Part shown: positions 8,771 to 17,000 of the stretch, piece by piece | How the letters are laid out: the number at the start of each line of letters is the position of its first letter | How positions within the stretch are numbered: position 1 is the stretch's first letter | Assembly (NCBI GenBank): GCA_903884815.1 | Contig: CAISGE010000043.1 | Coordinates: 701 to 64,700 of the forward strand | Length of the DNA stretch: 64,000 nucleotides | Direction of reading: 5' to 3' | Origin: Candidatus Omnitrophota bacterium | GTDB lineage: Bacteria; Omnitrophota; Omnitrophia; Omnitrophales; Aquincolibacteriaceae | The notes under the pieces: model-generated | The model's database searches: none | Seen by the model: only the letters and a program-made list of their open reading frames with translations | What the model was told of the DNA's origin: nothing | Translations under genes and position numbers: made by a program

Positions 8771-10279
8771 ATGAAAGCTGTCATTTACGCAAGAGTTTCG
8801 TCAAAAGAACAGGAGCAGGAGGGCTATTCAATTCCGGCACAGCTTAAACTTCTCAAGGAGTATGCCGCAAAAAACAACTATCAGATTGTGAAGGAGTTCG
8901 TGGACATTGAAACCGCCAAAAAGGCTGGACGGGAAAATTTCAATACCATGATTCAGTTTGTAAAAGCTGATGTGAATATCAAGGCTGTTCTATGCGAAAA
9001 AACGGACAGGCTCTACAGAAACTTCAAAGACTATGTGACAGTCGATGAACTCGACTTAGAAATCCATCTCGTTAAAGAGTCAGAGGTTTTAAGCAAAAAC
9101 TCAAAATCGCATCAAAAGTTTATTCACGGGATAAAGGTATTGATGGCTAAAAACTACATCGACAACCTTGTTGAGGAAACTCGCAAAGGCATGCTTGAAA
9201 AAGCCGAGCGGGGCATATTCCCATCCGGGGCCTCCTTGGGGTATATCAATGCTGAGAAAAAGGCAGAGGGCAATACGATAAGGTATCTGGAGCTAGATAA
9301 GACCCGTGCGCCTGTCATAAATAAAATATTCAGACTCTATGCTACTGGCAAATACTCTATGGAAAAACTGGCGGAGATAGCTTTTGATGATGGCTTCAGA
9401 AATAAACGTGGTAGCAGAGTGAACAAATCGGTCATTGAGTTCATCCTGAAAAATCCCGTCTATTGCGGTGACTTTAGATGGAACAATCGTCTATATCAGG
9501 GAACACATGAAAAAATTGTGACAAAGGAACTCTTTGAGGCCGCACAAGCTCAGCTTAACGGGTCGAACAGACCTAAGCTCGTTAAGGGATTCGCTTATTC
9601 CGGGCTCCTTACTTGTGCAAAATGCGGATTCTCTATCACTGCCGAAATAAAGAAAGGGCGATACGTCTATTACCACTGCACTGAACGAGGCGGGCCTTGT
9701 GGCAATGCGTATGTCAGAGAAGAGGAATTAACCAAGCAGTTTGCCGAGATAGTAAAACAAATTCATATCGATGATGAGATATTGGAGTCCGTTAAAAAAG
9801 CTCTGCTAGAAAGTCATGAAGATGAACGCATGTACCATGCGCAAAAGGTCACGGCACTAAGCGTCCAAAAAGAACGTCTTGAGAATAGGATTCACCAAAT
9901 ATACATCGATAAACTGGATAAGAAAATTTCCAATGACAAATACGAAGCAATGACTTTTGAGTGGAACGAGGAATTAGGCAGAATGCAGAGAGAAATCGCT
10001 AAACACGAGAATGCTGATGCTAATTACCTTTCGCAGGGCGTTCACATTCTCGAACTTTGTAACCGTGCTTACGGTCTGTACTTACAGCAGGAGCCTCGTG
10101 AGGGTGCTAAAATACTGCATACCATACTATCGAACTGCAAGATGGATGGCGTAACTCTAATACCAGAAATGAGAAAGCCCTTTGACATTATCGCCAAAGG
10201 GCTCTCTCGTCTAGAATGGCTCCCCCGCCTGGGATCGAACCAGGGACACTGCGGTTACGGTCTGACTTCAGTTGCCTGA
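8771..10279 (+). CDS. Large serine recombinase (resolvase/invertase N-terminal domain, recombinase domain, zinc ribbon)
   Basis: N-terminal AVIYARVSSKEQ catalytic-Ser motif. C-terminal CAKCG...YYHC zinc ribbon. The last 21 codons as drawn read through the tRNA-Asn 3' exon, so the true stop may be earlier. Confidence 0.85.
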   Translation: MKAVIYARVSSKEQEQEGYSIPAQLKLLKEYAAKNNYQIVKEFVDIETAKKAGRENFNTMIQFVKADVNIKAVLCEKTDRLYRNFKDYVTVDELDLEIHLVKESEVLSKNSKSHQKFIHGIKVLMAKNYIDNLVEETRKGMLEKAERGIFPSGASLGYINAEKKAEGNTIRYLELDKTRAPVINKIFRLYATGKYSMEKLAEIAFDDGFRNKRGSRVNKSVIEFILKNPVYCGDFRWNNRLYQGTHEKIVTKELFEAAQAQLNGSNRPKLVKGFAYSGLLTCAKCGFSITAEIKKGRYVYYHCTERGGPCGNAYVREEELTKQFAEIVKQIHIDDEILESVKKALLESHEDERMYHAQKVTALSVQKERLENRIHQIYIDKLDKKISNDKYEAMTFEWNEELGRMQREIAKHENADANYLSQGVHILELCNRAYGLYLQQEPREGAKILHTILSNCKMDGVTLIPEMRKPFDIIAKGLSRLEWLPRLGSNQGHCGYGLTSVA

Positions 10280-10524
10280 AGAGTCGGACTTTCTCTTTGC
10301 CATATCCAAAATACTTGGACTTAGGCAGCAGGTGTAAAGTCTCTGCACTTGCCCTCCCGCCAAAGGCGGGATGCTAGCTCAGGATAGCCCCAACGCTTTT
10401 TGTTGGGATTTCCCTGACTTAGCCTGCTTATTCACCCTAAAGTTTCCCTTAGGGGCTGCTAACTTTGAGCGTGCTACGCTCACTCGTGCACAGCCGCATG
10501 CTCTACCAGCTGAGCTACAGGGGA
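10217..10524 (-). tRNA. tRNA-Asn(GUU) interrupted by a group I intron (exon 1 10490..10524, exon 2 10217..10257, CCA encoded)
   Basis: Exon sequence is UCCCCUGUAGCUCAGCUGGUAGAGCAUGCGGCUGU / UAACCGCAGUGUCCCUGGUUCGAUCCCAGGCGGGGGAGCCA. It is near-identical in architecture to E. coli tRNA-Asn. The anticodon loop CUGUUAA is restored after removing 232 nt. Confidence 0.7.
10258..10489 (-). ncRNA. Group I self-splicing intron (232 nt) in the anticodon loop of tRNA-Asn
   Basis: The 5' exon ends in U and the intron ends in G. P1 pairs GGCUGU with the IGS GCAGCC, giving a U.G wobble at the splice site. An R-like element (GUGCAGAGACU) and an S-like element (AAGAGAAAGUCCGAC) are present. No internal ORF. 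Confidence 0.6.
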
Positions 10525-10541
10525 ATAACATTTGAAAGAAC
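10517..10541. repeat. Direct repeat copy A (ACAGGGGAATAACATTTGAAAGAAC), covering the tRNA-Asn 5' acceptor strand plus 17 nt of leader
   Basis: Matches copy B at 10867-10891 in 24 of 25 positions. Confidence 0.7.
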
Positions 10542-10548
10542 GATGCTA

Positions 10549-10788
10549 CTAAAACCATTTTAAGAACTTCCTGCCTGCACCCGTTTTTAAATACTTCTCA
10601 CGAAGCAGCGCTTCTTTCCTAGAACGGTAATCCTCGGAACACAAGAGCGTGAAAGGACCGTTACTTCTTGTCCAAGCGTTCTTTCCTTCGTTGTGTTCTG
10701 CCAAACGAGTCTGAACTGATTTCCGGGTAAATCCGACATAGGACTTACCGTTCTTCAAACTCTTCAAAACATAAACATGATATATCAT
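10549..10788 (-). CDS. GIY-YIG nuclease family protein (79 aa, URI domain)
   Basis: Has YVYVL...GKSYVGFT, the GIY-YIG motif. It ends 24 nt upstream of the tRNA-Asn 5' end. Confidence 0.75.
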   Translation of the reverse strand: MIYHVYVLKSLKNGKSYVGFTRKSVQTRLAEHNEGKNAWTRSNGPFTLLCSEDYRSRKEALLREKYLKTGAGRKFLKWF

Positions 10789-10809
10789 AAAAAATCAATT
10801 GAGCTTCCG

Positions 10810-10863
10810 CCTTGAATTGAAAAACAATTCAAGGACGGATCCGTCCTCGCCTCAAGCGAGGCG
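10810..10863. other. Cluster of three consecutive hairpins (10-bp perfect stem CCTTGAATTG/CAATTCAAGG, palindrome GGACGGATCCGTCC, and CGCCTC-aagc-GAGGCG)
   Basis: Read directly. Confidence 0.5.
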
Positions 10864-10866
10864 GAA

Positions 10867-10891
10867 CAGGGGAATAACTTTTGAAAGAACA
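10867..10891. repeat. Direct repeat copy B (ACAGGGGAATAACTTTTGAAAGAAC)
   Basis: Together with copy A it brackets the GIY-YIG gene. Confidence 0.7.
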
Positions 10892-11015
10892 AATACGAAT
10901 CCAAGCAAAAAACGTCAAGACTTATCGATTACGGCTCAGCGCTTATCCCTTGGAGGCGTCAATTATAAAGATTGCGGCCCCTGGGTCAATGAGTGTTTTT
11001 GCCAAGTTTTTAGGT

Positions 11016-11043
11016 TTGCTTTGAAGTCCATAGGTGCTATATT
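11016..11043 (+). promoter_or_regulatory. Putative sigma70 promoter (TTGCTT, 16-nt spacer, TATATT)
   Basis: Sequence match. Lies 38 nt upstream of the ATG at 11081. Confidence 0.35.
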
Positions 11044-11080
11044 TTCACTGAGTCCGGCACCCAAACGAAAGGCAGTTCCC

Positions 11081-11437
11081 ATGACTTCAAAATCAGTTGT
11101 GCTGCTCTTAAGTCTCATCGCGATACTGGGGTTTTCCCCTTCGCGCGCGGTTTTCGCCGAAGACGATACCCTGGTGATGGAGTCCTTTCAAACAGTATCA
11201 GGCAGTGTAACGGAGGTGGATACGGATCACAAGCGGATCACGTTCCGATGGATGGCCGATGACCTCCGATTGCAATACCAGGATGTTGTGCTGGACGTCC
11301 CGGACACATGCGTGATCACCAAGAATTCGGAGACGATCGAGTTGACTGACCTTGAGTCGGGAGATTCCGGCACCGTGCGCTTCGATGAGAATGCCCAGCC
11401 CCTTCCAAAGGCAAGCTCCATCACGATCACAGAATAG
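11081..11437 (+). CDS. Small secreted protein of unknown function (118 aa)
   Basis: Signal peptide [26 protein letters not shown]. The upstream in-frame extension of the drawn ORF (10799..11080) is probably non-coding. Confidence 0.5.
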   Translation: MTSKSVVLLLSLIAILGFSPSRAVFAEDDTLVMESFQTVSGSVTEVDTDHKRITFRWMADDLRLQYQDVVLDVPDTCVITKNSETIELTDLESGDSGTVRFDENAQPLPKASSITITE

Positions 11438-11487
11438 TTTTTAAGCATCGCCTTTTCATCTCAAAAAAAATCTCAGGAGAAAAATTC

Positions 11488-12237
11488 ATGTATAAACTCG
11501 TTTTGATACGCCACGGAGAAAGCATCTGGAATAAAGAGAACCGGTTCACCGGCTGGTATGACGTGGACCTCTCGGAAAAAGGCCTCGGGGAAGCCAAAGA
11601 CGGCGGGCAGCTTCTCAAGAAAGAAGGCTATGAATTTGACATTGCGTTCACCTCGGTGCTCAAGCGCGCGATCCGCACGCTCTGGATCGTGCTCGATCAG
11701 ATGGACCTCATGTGGATCCCGGTCATCCGCGACTGGCGCTTGAACGAACGCCATTACGGCTCCCTCCAGGGTCTCAATAAGTCCGAGACCGCGGCCAAAT
11801 ACGGCGACGAGCAGGTCAAGATCTGGCGCCGGAGCTATGACGTTCCGCCGCCGGCCCTTGAGGAAAGCGATCCCCGCAATCCGGCCAAGGACCCGCGCTA
11901 CAAGAGTTTCCGGAAAAGCGATCTGCCGCTTACGGAATGCCTCAAAGACACCGTCGCGCGCGTCCTTCCCTTCTGGCATGACGTTGTCTCCCCGATGATC
12001 CGGAACGGAAAAAAAGTCCTGATCACCGCCCATGGCAACAGCCTCCGGGCGCTTGTGAAGTATCTGGACAATATTTCCGAAGAAGAGATCCTCGGCATGA
12101 ACATCCCGACCGGCATCCCGCTCGTCTATGAGTTGGATAAAGACCTCAAGCCGATCCGGCATTACTACCTGGGCGATCCCGAAAAGATCAAAGCCGCGAT
12201 GGACGCCGTCGCCAATCAGGGCAAGGCGAAGAAATAA
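11488..12237 (+). CDS. gpmA: 2,3-bisphosphoglycerate-dependent phosphoglycerate mutase
   Basis: Has the [10 protein letters not shown] histidine-phosphatase motif. Full-length match to the GpmA architecture. RBS AGGAGAAAAATTCATG. Confidence 0.9.
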   Translation: MYKLVLIRHGESIWNKENRFTGWYDVDLSEKGLGEAKDGGQLLKKEGYEFDIAFTSVLKRAIRTLWIVLDQMDLMWIPVIRDWRLNERHYGSLQGLNKSETAAKYGDEQVKIWRRSYDVPPPALEESDPRNPAKDPRYKSFRKSDLPLTECLKDTVARVLPFWHDVVSPMIRNGKKVLITAHGNSLRALVKYLDNISEEEILGMNIPTGIPLVYELDKDLKPIRHYYLGDPEKIKAAMDAVANQGKAKK

Positions 12238-12352
12238 TCCCCTCGGGGATAAGACGTCATTCTGACCTCGCGCTTTCTTGCGAAAGCAAGAGCGTGGGAA
12301 GAATCCCGAGTTGAGATCCTTCTCCCGCCGTTGGCGGGATCAGGATGACACA

Positions 12353-12396
12353 AAAAAAAGGCCTGTTCCCTTTCGAGGGAGCAGGCCTTTTTTATT
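12353..12396. terminator. Bidirectional rho-independent terminator (A-tract, GGCCUGUUCCC / GGGAGCAGGCC stem, U-tract)
   Basis: Read directly. Lies between the convergent gpmA and rubrerythrin genes. Confidence 0.7.
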
Positions 12397-12413
12397 AGTT
12401 AAAACCTTCTCGC

Positions 12414-13202
12414 TTACTTGACCGAAATGAACCGTCGCCGGCTCGTCTCGCAAATCGGACAAACTTGGGACTTCATATTCTCCATCACATTACCGCAGAC
12501 CGGGCAGACAAAGAAATCCTTGTTCTTCCCCTTCCAAGCGTTCAGATCGCCAAGCGCCTTTTTGTAGAGGCCGGCGTGAACGGCTTCGGCCCTCCCCGCG
12601 TCCTCGAAAATATCAACGGCTTCTTTATTATTGTCTTTTTTCGCCTTGGCCAGGAATTCCGGGTACATGACCGTGCTTTCGTAGACTTCACCCTTCATCG
12701 CGGCCTCAAGATTCTCCGCGGTGGTTTTCGCGACAGAGGCTTCGATCGTCGCCGCGGGAACCGCCCCGAGGGACTTGATGATCTTGGCATGCCGTTCAAA
12801 ATGGACCTGCTCGGCGCGGGCGGCAGCCCTGAAAAGGCTCGCGACTTTCCCGTAACCTTCTTCATCCGCCTTCTTGGCGAACACCAGGTATCTGGCATTC
12901 GCATTGCTTTCGCCGTTGAACGCGGCCTGAAGATTCTCGAGCGTGGTCTTTTCAATGGGCACCGGAGGAACCGTTGCGACTCCGGAAACAACGGCTGGGG
13001 CAGGCGCAATGACCTCAACGGCAGCGGCCGGACTCCCCGGAACAACGACGATATTCGTCCCCGGGACCGGAGAAGCGGCGGGCGCCTCCACGGCAACCGC
13101 CTTCACGGCTTCCGTGGTTTTAGCTTCTTCGGCATAGGCGCAGAACGCCACGGCGAGAGAAAAGAAAACCGACACGATAAGGATCTTACGCAGATGCTTC
13201 AT
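12414..13202 (-). CDS. Rubrerythrin-family protein with N-terminal signal peptide and Ala/Pro/Val-rich linker
   Basis: Two ferritin-like E...ExxH half-sites. C-terminal rubredoxin-like CPVCG...CPIC. Signal peptide MKHLRKILIVSVFFSLAVAFCAYA. Confidence 0.7.
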   Translation of the reverse strand: MKHLRKILIVSVFFSLAVAFCAYAEEAKTTEAVKAVAVEAPAASPVPGTNIVVVPGSPAAAVEVIAPAPAVVSGVATVPPVPIEKTTLENLQAAFNGESNANARYLVFAKKADEEGYGKVASLFRAAARAEQVHFERHAKIIKSLGAVPAATIEASVAKTTAENLEAAMKGEVYESTVMYPEFLAKAKKDNNKEAVDIFEDAGRAEAVHAGLYKKALGDLNAWKGKNKDFFVCPVCGNVMENMKSQVCPICETSRRRFISVK

Positions 13203-13262
13203 CTTGGATCTCCTTGTGGATGGGTTGGGATACAGACCATGGATTTCAAGGACACTAATCTA

Positions 13263-14453
13263 TCACAAAAGCGGCGTTTTTGAAGACGTGTCTTTTTCCA
13301 AGAGAAATGCGAAAACATCGTCCGAAAGAAGCTGTCCTCGAAGCGTGAAACGCGTGTGTTCCCCCGCCTCTTCAAGGAGCCCCTCGTACCGGAGCGCCGC
13401 CAGCCGTTTTCCAATCCGCGGGTAAATAAGAGGGAATTTTTGAGGGATGACCCCCTCCCGCAGCCGGAGTCCCGTCACAAAGGTTTCGGTCTCTTTTTCT
13501 TCCTTTGTAAGGACATCCTCGATATCGCTCTTCCAGTCCCCGTTTTCGCATTTTTCAAGATAGCGCTCAAGATCCGGCGCGAATTGCGAGCGGATCCCGT
13601 TCAGGTACGTAAAGGCACTCGGCCCGAACCCAAGATATTCCTGATTATGCCAATAGGTCAGATTGTGGCGGGAGGCCAGGCCGGGCTTGGCGAAATTGAC
13701 CACTTCATAATGTTCGTAATCGGCCCCGGTCAGGATCTCGATCGCGCTTTCATACATCCTCGCGTGTTCTTCTTCTCCGGAAAGGTCGAGCTTATTCTCC
13801 TTTGCGAGCCTGCCAAACAGGGTTTCCTCGTGAACCTCCAGATCATAAAGCGATACTTGCGCCGCCTCAAGCGCGACACATCGTCGAAGCGAATCGCGGA
13901 AGTCCTCCAGCGTCTGGCCGGGCACACGAAGCATGAGATCGAAACTGAGATTCGTGATACCGGCCTTCCGGAGATTCAGGGCGGTCTGTTCAATCTCTCT
14001 TGCCGTATGCCGGCGACCCAATTTTTTGAGGATCTCATCCTGGAACGCCTGACAACCGAGGCTGACGCGATTCACGCCAAGCGCCCGAAGAGTCTCGATC
14101 TTGCCCGCGTCGCCATCCCCCGGATTCATTTCGCAGGTAAATTCATATCCGGGTTTCAATTCAAAAGCTCCCTGGATTCCGGACACCAACCTTTCCAGCT
14201 CCGGAATGCTCAGACAAGAGGGCGTGCCCCCTCCTAGATAGAGCGTGTCGAAGGAAAGCCTGCCATGACGCGCCCGAGCCTGATCTATTTCGTGACTCAG
14301 CGCTTTCTGAAATCGTTCACCGAGGTCCGGCGCATGTTCGGCCGTGGTCACAAAATTACAATAGTGGCAACGGGTTTCGCAAAAGGGAATGTGGACGTAG
14401 AAGCCGCGCATAGCTGATTTATAATCATTTCTCTCCCGCAGAGCAAGCGGCAT
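13263..14453 (-). CDS. hemW: Radical SAM heme chaperone HemW / coproporphyrinogen III oxidase-like
   Basis: Carries the HIPFCETRCHYCNF radical-SAM CxxxCxxC motif and the HemN-like C-terminal domain. Confidence 0.8.
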   Translation of the reverse strand: MPLALRERNDYKSAMRGFYVHIPFCETRCHYCNFVTTAEHAPDLGERFQKALSHEIDQARARHGRLSFDTLYLGGGTPSCLSIPELERLVSGIQGAFELKPGYEFTCEMNPGDGDAGKIETLRALGVNRVSLGCQAFQDEILKKLGRRHTAREIEQTALNLRKAGITNLSFDLMLRVPGQTLEDFRDSLRRCVALEAAQVSLYDLEVHEETLFGRLAKENKLDLSGEEEHARMYESAIEILTGADYEHYEVVNFAKPGLASRHNLTYWHNQEYLGFGPSAFTYLNGIRSQFAPDLERYLEKCENGDWKSDIEDVLTKEEKETETFVTGLRLREGVIPQKFPLIYPRIGKRLAALRYEGLLEEAGEHTRFTLRGQLLSDDVFAFLLEKDTSSKTPLL

Positions 14454-14530
14454 TGTAAGGAGTACGGCGGAAGGCGTACGACGGTTAAACCGCTCGTCCT
14501 GCGCCGTACACCGTACGCTGTACTCCTTAC
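14454..14530. repeat. Heptad-periodic palindromic element, GTACGG-type
   Basis: GTAAGGAGTACGGCGGAAGGCGTACG ... CGCCGTACACCGTACGCTGTACTCCTTAC imperfect hairpin. Confidence 0.6.
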
Positions 14531-14548
14531 CACAAAGCTGGCCAGCCC

Positions 14549-16090
14549 TCAGGAGGACTTACGCGTCAACCTTAAAATCTCTTCTTCTTCATTCTCGGGA
14601 TTCTCGGCGATCAGTTTCCGGATATGTTTTTCTTGTTCCTCGTCAAGCTCCCGGAGAGGCTTCCCGATGTGTTTTTCCAGAAGGGCGATGTCCTTCGGCG
14701 CGTCATAATCCTTGCCCGTCTTCATCAGCTCCCGGAGATAGCTCCGGAACTCCGCCGGATATTCGTCCATCAAGAAGTGCACCAGTCCCCAGCTCTGGGC
14801 ATAGCCTAAAAGCGTGTAACTCGGGTCCTGGAGTTTGCGGATCCCTGCGCCGTTCTTGATACTCAGCAGATACTGCAGCGGCATCAGGCTGTGCCCCGCC
14901 TGGAATTCTTCCTTCAGAGACGTCAGTCTTTCTTTATTGATCCCCCCGATGGGATCCGTCGAAACATATTCGGCAAGCCCCTCGGAGAGCCAAGCCCCCC
15001 GGTAAACGCTCCCGGAATCGATCCCGAGCAGATCAAAGAGCTGGTGCCCTCCCTCATGCCGGATGGTCTCCATCGTGCGCTCGCGCGCCCAGCTTTCAAC
15101 CCGTATACGGTCCGCTTCGATCTTGAGCTGGACCTTCTCTACTGCGTCGTAGAAGGCCCATTTCCCGGAAGAGGCGCCGCCGACATAAAGCTCCGCTTTG
15201 GTTTTGGCATCCCCGATCTTTTTTTCAAAATACTCGGCACGACCGATGAAAAAACGGATCATGTCGACCTCTTTGACGTTGTAGAGTACGAGGAATTTTT
15301 TGTCAGGCATGTAGAACCCCGCCATATTGGTCCCTTTGGGAAGACCCGCGAATTTCAAGAAGTCATCATAGGAGCCGAAGATCAGGACGCCGAGCGCGGG
15401 CGCCGGCTTTTCCGTATCGATCAGATCCAGGAACTTCATTGAAAATTCGGCGCAGAAATTCCGGAGCGTTTTCAGGTAAAAAACAAGGTCGGATGAATCG
15501 ACCGTCGAAATAATGTAGTAGGGCGGTTCCTTAAGAGAGTACTTGAAATTCAGGCTGCGAAGCTCTTTAAAGTCTTTGTCCAGGAGATCGTCCGGAGGAG
15601 GCGGCCAAAGCTCGATCTTTTCCACCTTGTCCGCGGCAAACCCGAAGGAAATGCTGCCTCCTCCGTCGACGGCCTGCTTGAGATAAAAGGTTCCTCCGTC
15701 TGCCGAGATCTTATTTCCCGAAGCGATGCGCCCGTCCTTAAGGTAGATCCTCGGATAAGGCGCTTCTTTTTCCGAAGGAGCGTAAGCGGGTTGGATGCCG
15801 TCGGCGGTCTTGACCAGCGTTTCACCGCGACGCACCTCGGCTACGTCATTTGTGGGAAATCCGATCTCGCCGCCTTTAATGCGGATCGTCACGCGGCCCG
15901 CGCTCTCATCAACGATGACACCCTGGATCATACTGCCGTTCTTCAGGATCAAGGTGTCTTTGGCATCTGTCGCCGCGACCTTTTCCGGCGCTTTTTTCAA
16001 CGGCGCGGTCTTTCCCTTGCAGGAGATCGCGAGGGGTAAAAAACAGAGCAGGAAAACAATAGGATAAATTTTTATTTTTAATGCCGTCAC
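14549..16090 (-). CDS. Putative lipoprotein with HExxH (HEGGH) metallopeptidase-like motif
   Basis: Lipoprotein signal (LAISCKG). HEGGHQLF motif. No firm family assignment. Confidence 0.5.
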   Translation of the reverse strand: MTALKIKIYPIVFLLCFLPLAISCKGKTAPLKKAPEKVAATDAKDTLILKNGSMIQGVIVDESAGRVTIRIKGGEIGFPTNDVAEVRRGETLVKTADGIQPAYAPSEKEAPYPRIYLKDGRIASGNKISADGGTFYLKQAVDGGGSISFGFAADKVEKIELWPPPPDDLLDKDFKELRSLNFKYSLKEPPYYIISTVDSSDLVFYLKTLRNFCAEFSMKFLDLIDTEKPAPALGVLIFGSYDDFLKFAGLPKGTNMAGFYMPDKKFLVLYNVKEVDMIRFFIGRAEYFEKKIGDAKTKAELYVGGASSGKWAFYDAVEKVQLKIEADRIRVESWARERTMETIRHEGGHQLFDLLGIDSGSVYRGAWLSEGLAEYVSTDPIGGINKERLTSLKEEFQAGHSLMPLQYLLSIKNGAGIRKLQDPSYTLLGYAQSWGLVHFLMDEYPAEFRSYLRELMKTGKDYDAPKDIALLEKHIGKPLRELDEEQEKHIRKLIAENPENEEEEILRLTRKSS

Positions 16091-16235
16091 AAAACCTCCG
16101 TGCAGTCGTTGTTCACCAGCCGCCCTGAGATTCCACTCAGAGTACCGGCCGCATTTGACAAAAGGGGATGTGGGTGTAGAAACCGCATTCCATGTCGAAG
16201 GTTATAAACAATCCGTTGTACCGTGGCAAGCCTTT

Positions 16236-16307
16236 CGTAAGGCGTACGGTGTACGGGGTACGGCGAAAACTTTTTCCTCCGTACTCAGAACGCCGTACGC
16301 CTTATCG
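16236..16307. repeat. Heptad-periodic palindromic element, GTACGG-type
   Basis: CGTAAGGCGTACGGTGTACGGGGTACGG ... CCGTACGCCTTATCG. Confidence 0.6.
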
Positions 16308-16364
16308 CAAAACTGGCATTCTTCTTGCTACGTGCGTTATAATCTCACAAACCATGAGGCACAA

Positions 16365-16835
16365 ATGATCATCATCTCCGATGCTTTGCTTAACATTCTG
16401 GAAAAGCGGGAATTCGTCTCGATCGCCACGGTTTCCCCGGGCGGCCAACCGAACTCCGTCCCGAAATTCTTTTTTCGCGCCAAAGGCTCGTTCCTTTACC
16501 TGATCGATCATGTCATGGGAAGGACCGTCGAGAATCTCCGAACCAATCCCCTTTGCTCGATCTCTTTCATGGACCTGAACACCCTCGAAGGCTATCGCTT
16601 CAACGGAAAAGCCCGGCTGATCTCGGGCGGAAAAAGCTTCGACGCGATCCTGAAGGAATGGAAGAATCGCCTGATCAAGCTCTCCACGGACCGCGTCATC
16701 GCGGCCGTCACGACAGGCAGGAAAAGCGGTCACTACGAACTGGAGATTTCCGAAAGATTCGTCGTCCTCAAGATCAAAGTAGAGACCATCATCAAGATCG
16801 GCCGTAAAGGGGACGTCTGGCAAGAGACCTCCTGA
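16365..16835 (+). CDS. Pyridoxamine 5'-phosphate oxidase family protein (FMN-binding split barrel)
   Basis: Start moved to MIIISDALL. The upstream part of the drawn ORF is the repeat element. PNPOx-like fold motifs. Confidence 0.55.
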   Translation: MIIISDALLNILEKREFVSIATVSPGGQPNSVPKFFFRAKGSFLYLIDHVMGRTVENLRTNPLCSISFMDLNTLEGYRFNGKARLISGGKSFDAILKEWKNRLIKLSTDRVIAAVTTGRKSGHYELEISERFVVLKIKVETIIKIGRKGDVWQETS

Positions 16836-17000
16836 TTTTTTTGCCTTTTCCTGCTATAATGATCTCCGTTTCGTGCCCCTCCCGCCGATGAAGCGATCTC
16901 GAAAGATCCTCTCGTAAGCGGCTCCAAGGTTTCCCCAGACGAAACCCCTTTTGACATCGCGACGTGTCTTTTACCCTATTTTTTTAAAGGAGGCCTTTTC

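Larger units (their letters stand above)
1..10216. mobile_element. Partial low-GC integrative element (Type I R-M cargo plus large serine recombinase) abutting the 3' end of tRNA-Asn; distal boundary lies outside the window
   Basis: Clearly AT-richer than the rest of the window (roughly 40% vs 58% GC by eye). Defence cargo plus recombinase. The recombinase 3' end overlaps the tRNA 3' exon at 10217-10257. Confidence 0.5.

Noticed and set aside
8771-10279. Recombinase ORF extending to 10279 through the tRNA 3' exon
   Set aside because: Kept as a feature, but the last 21 codons are probably not part of the native protein. They coincide exactly with tRNA exon 2 and the intron 3' end, so the ORF end is likely a read-through artefact of the junction.
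10217-10530. Considered a tmRNA (ssrA) or a tRNA-Sec with a long variable arm, because the tRNA-like 5' and 3' ends are about 300 nt apart.
   Set aside because: The 5' part has a complete canonical D-arm and anticodon stem, unlike tmRNA. No tag-peptide reading frame or resume codon context is evident. The middle segment has group I intron P1, R and S features and an Asn anticodon loop is restored on excision.
10799-11080. Upstream in-frame extension of the 10799..11437 ORF. The similar prefix of 16155..16835 (16155-16364) falls in the same category.
   Set aside because: The extensions translate hairpin and repeat DNA. The downstream Mets are followed by a signal peptide (11081) or the conserved PNPOx N-terminus (16365).
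12465-13283. Antisense ORFs opposite well-supported genes. Examples are 11473..12162 opposite gpmA, 12465..13283 opposite rubrerythrin, 13356..14237 opposite hemW, 17004..17972 opposite SulP, 19797..20480 opposite the permease, 22427..23041 opposite MFS, 26919..27707 opposite hss, 30679..31392 opposite rlmD-like, 32284..32967 opposite the HI0933-like gene and 34462..34923 opposite ygiQ.
   Set aside because: Shadow ORFs in a high-GC background. The partner strand carries recognisable conserved proteins.
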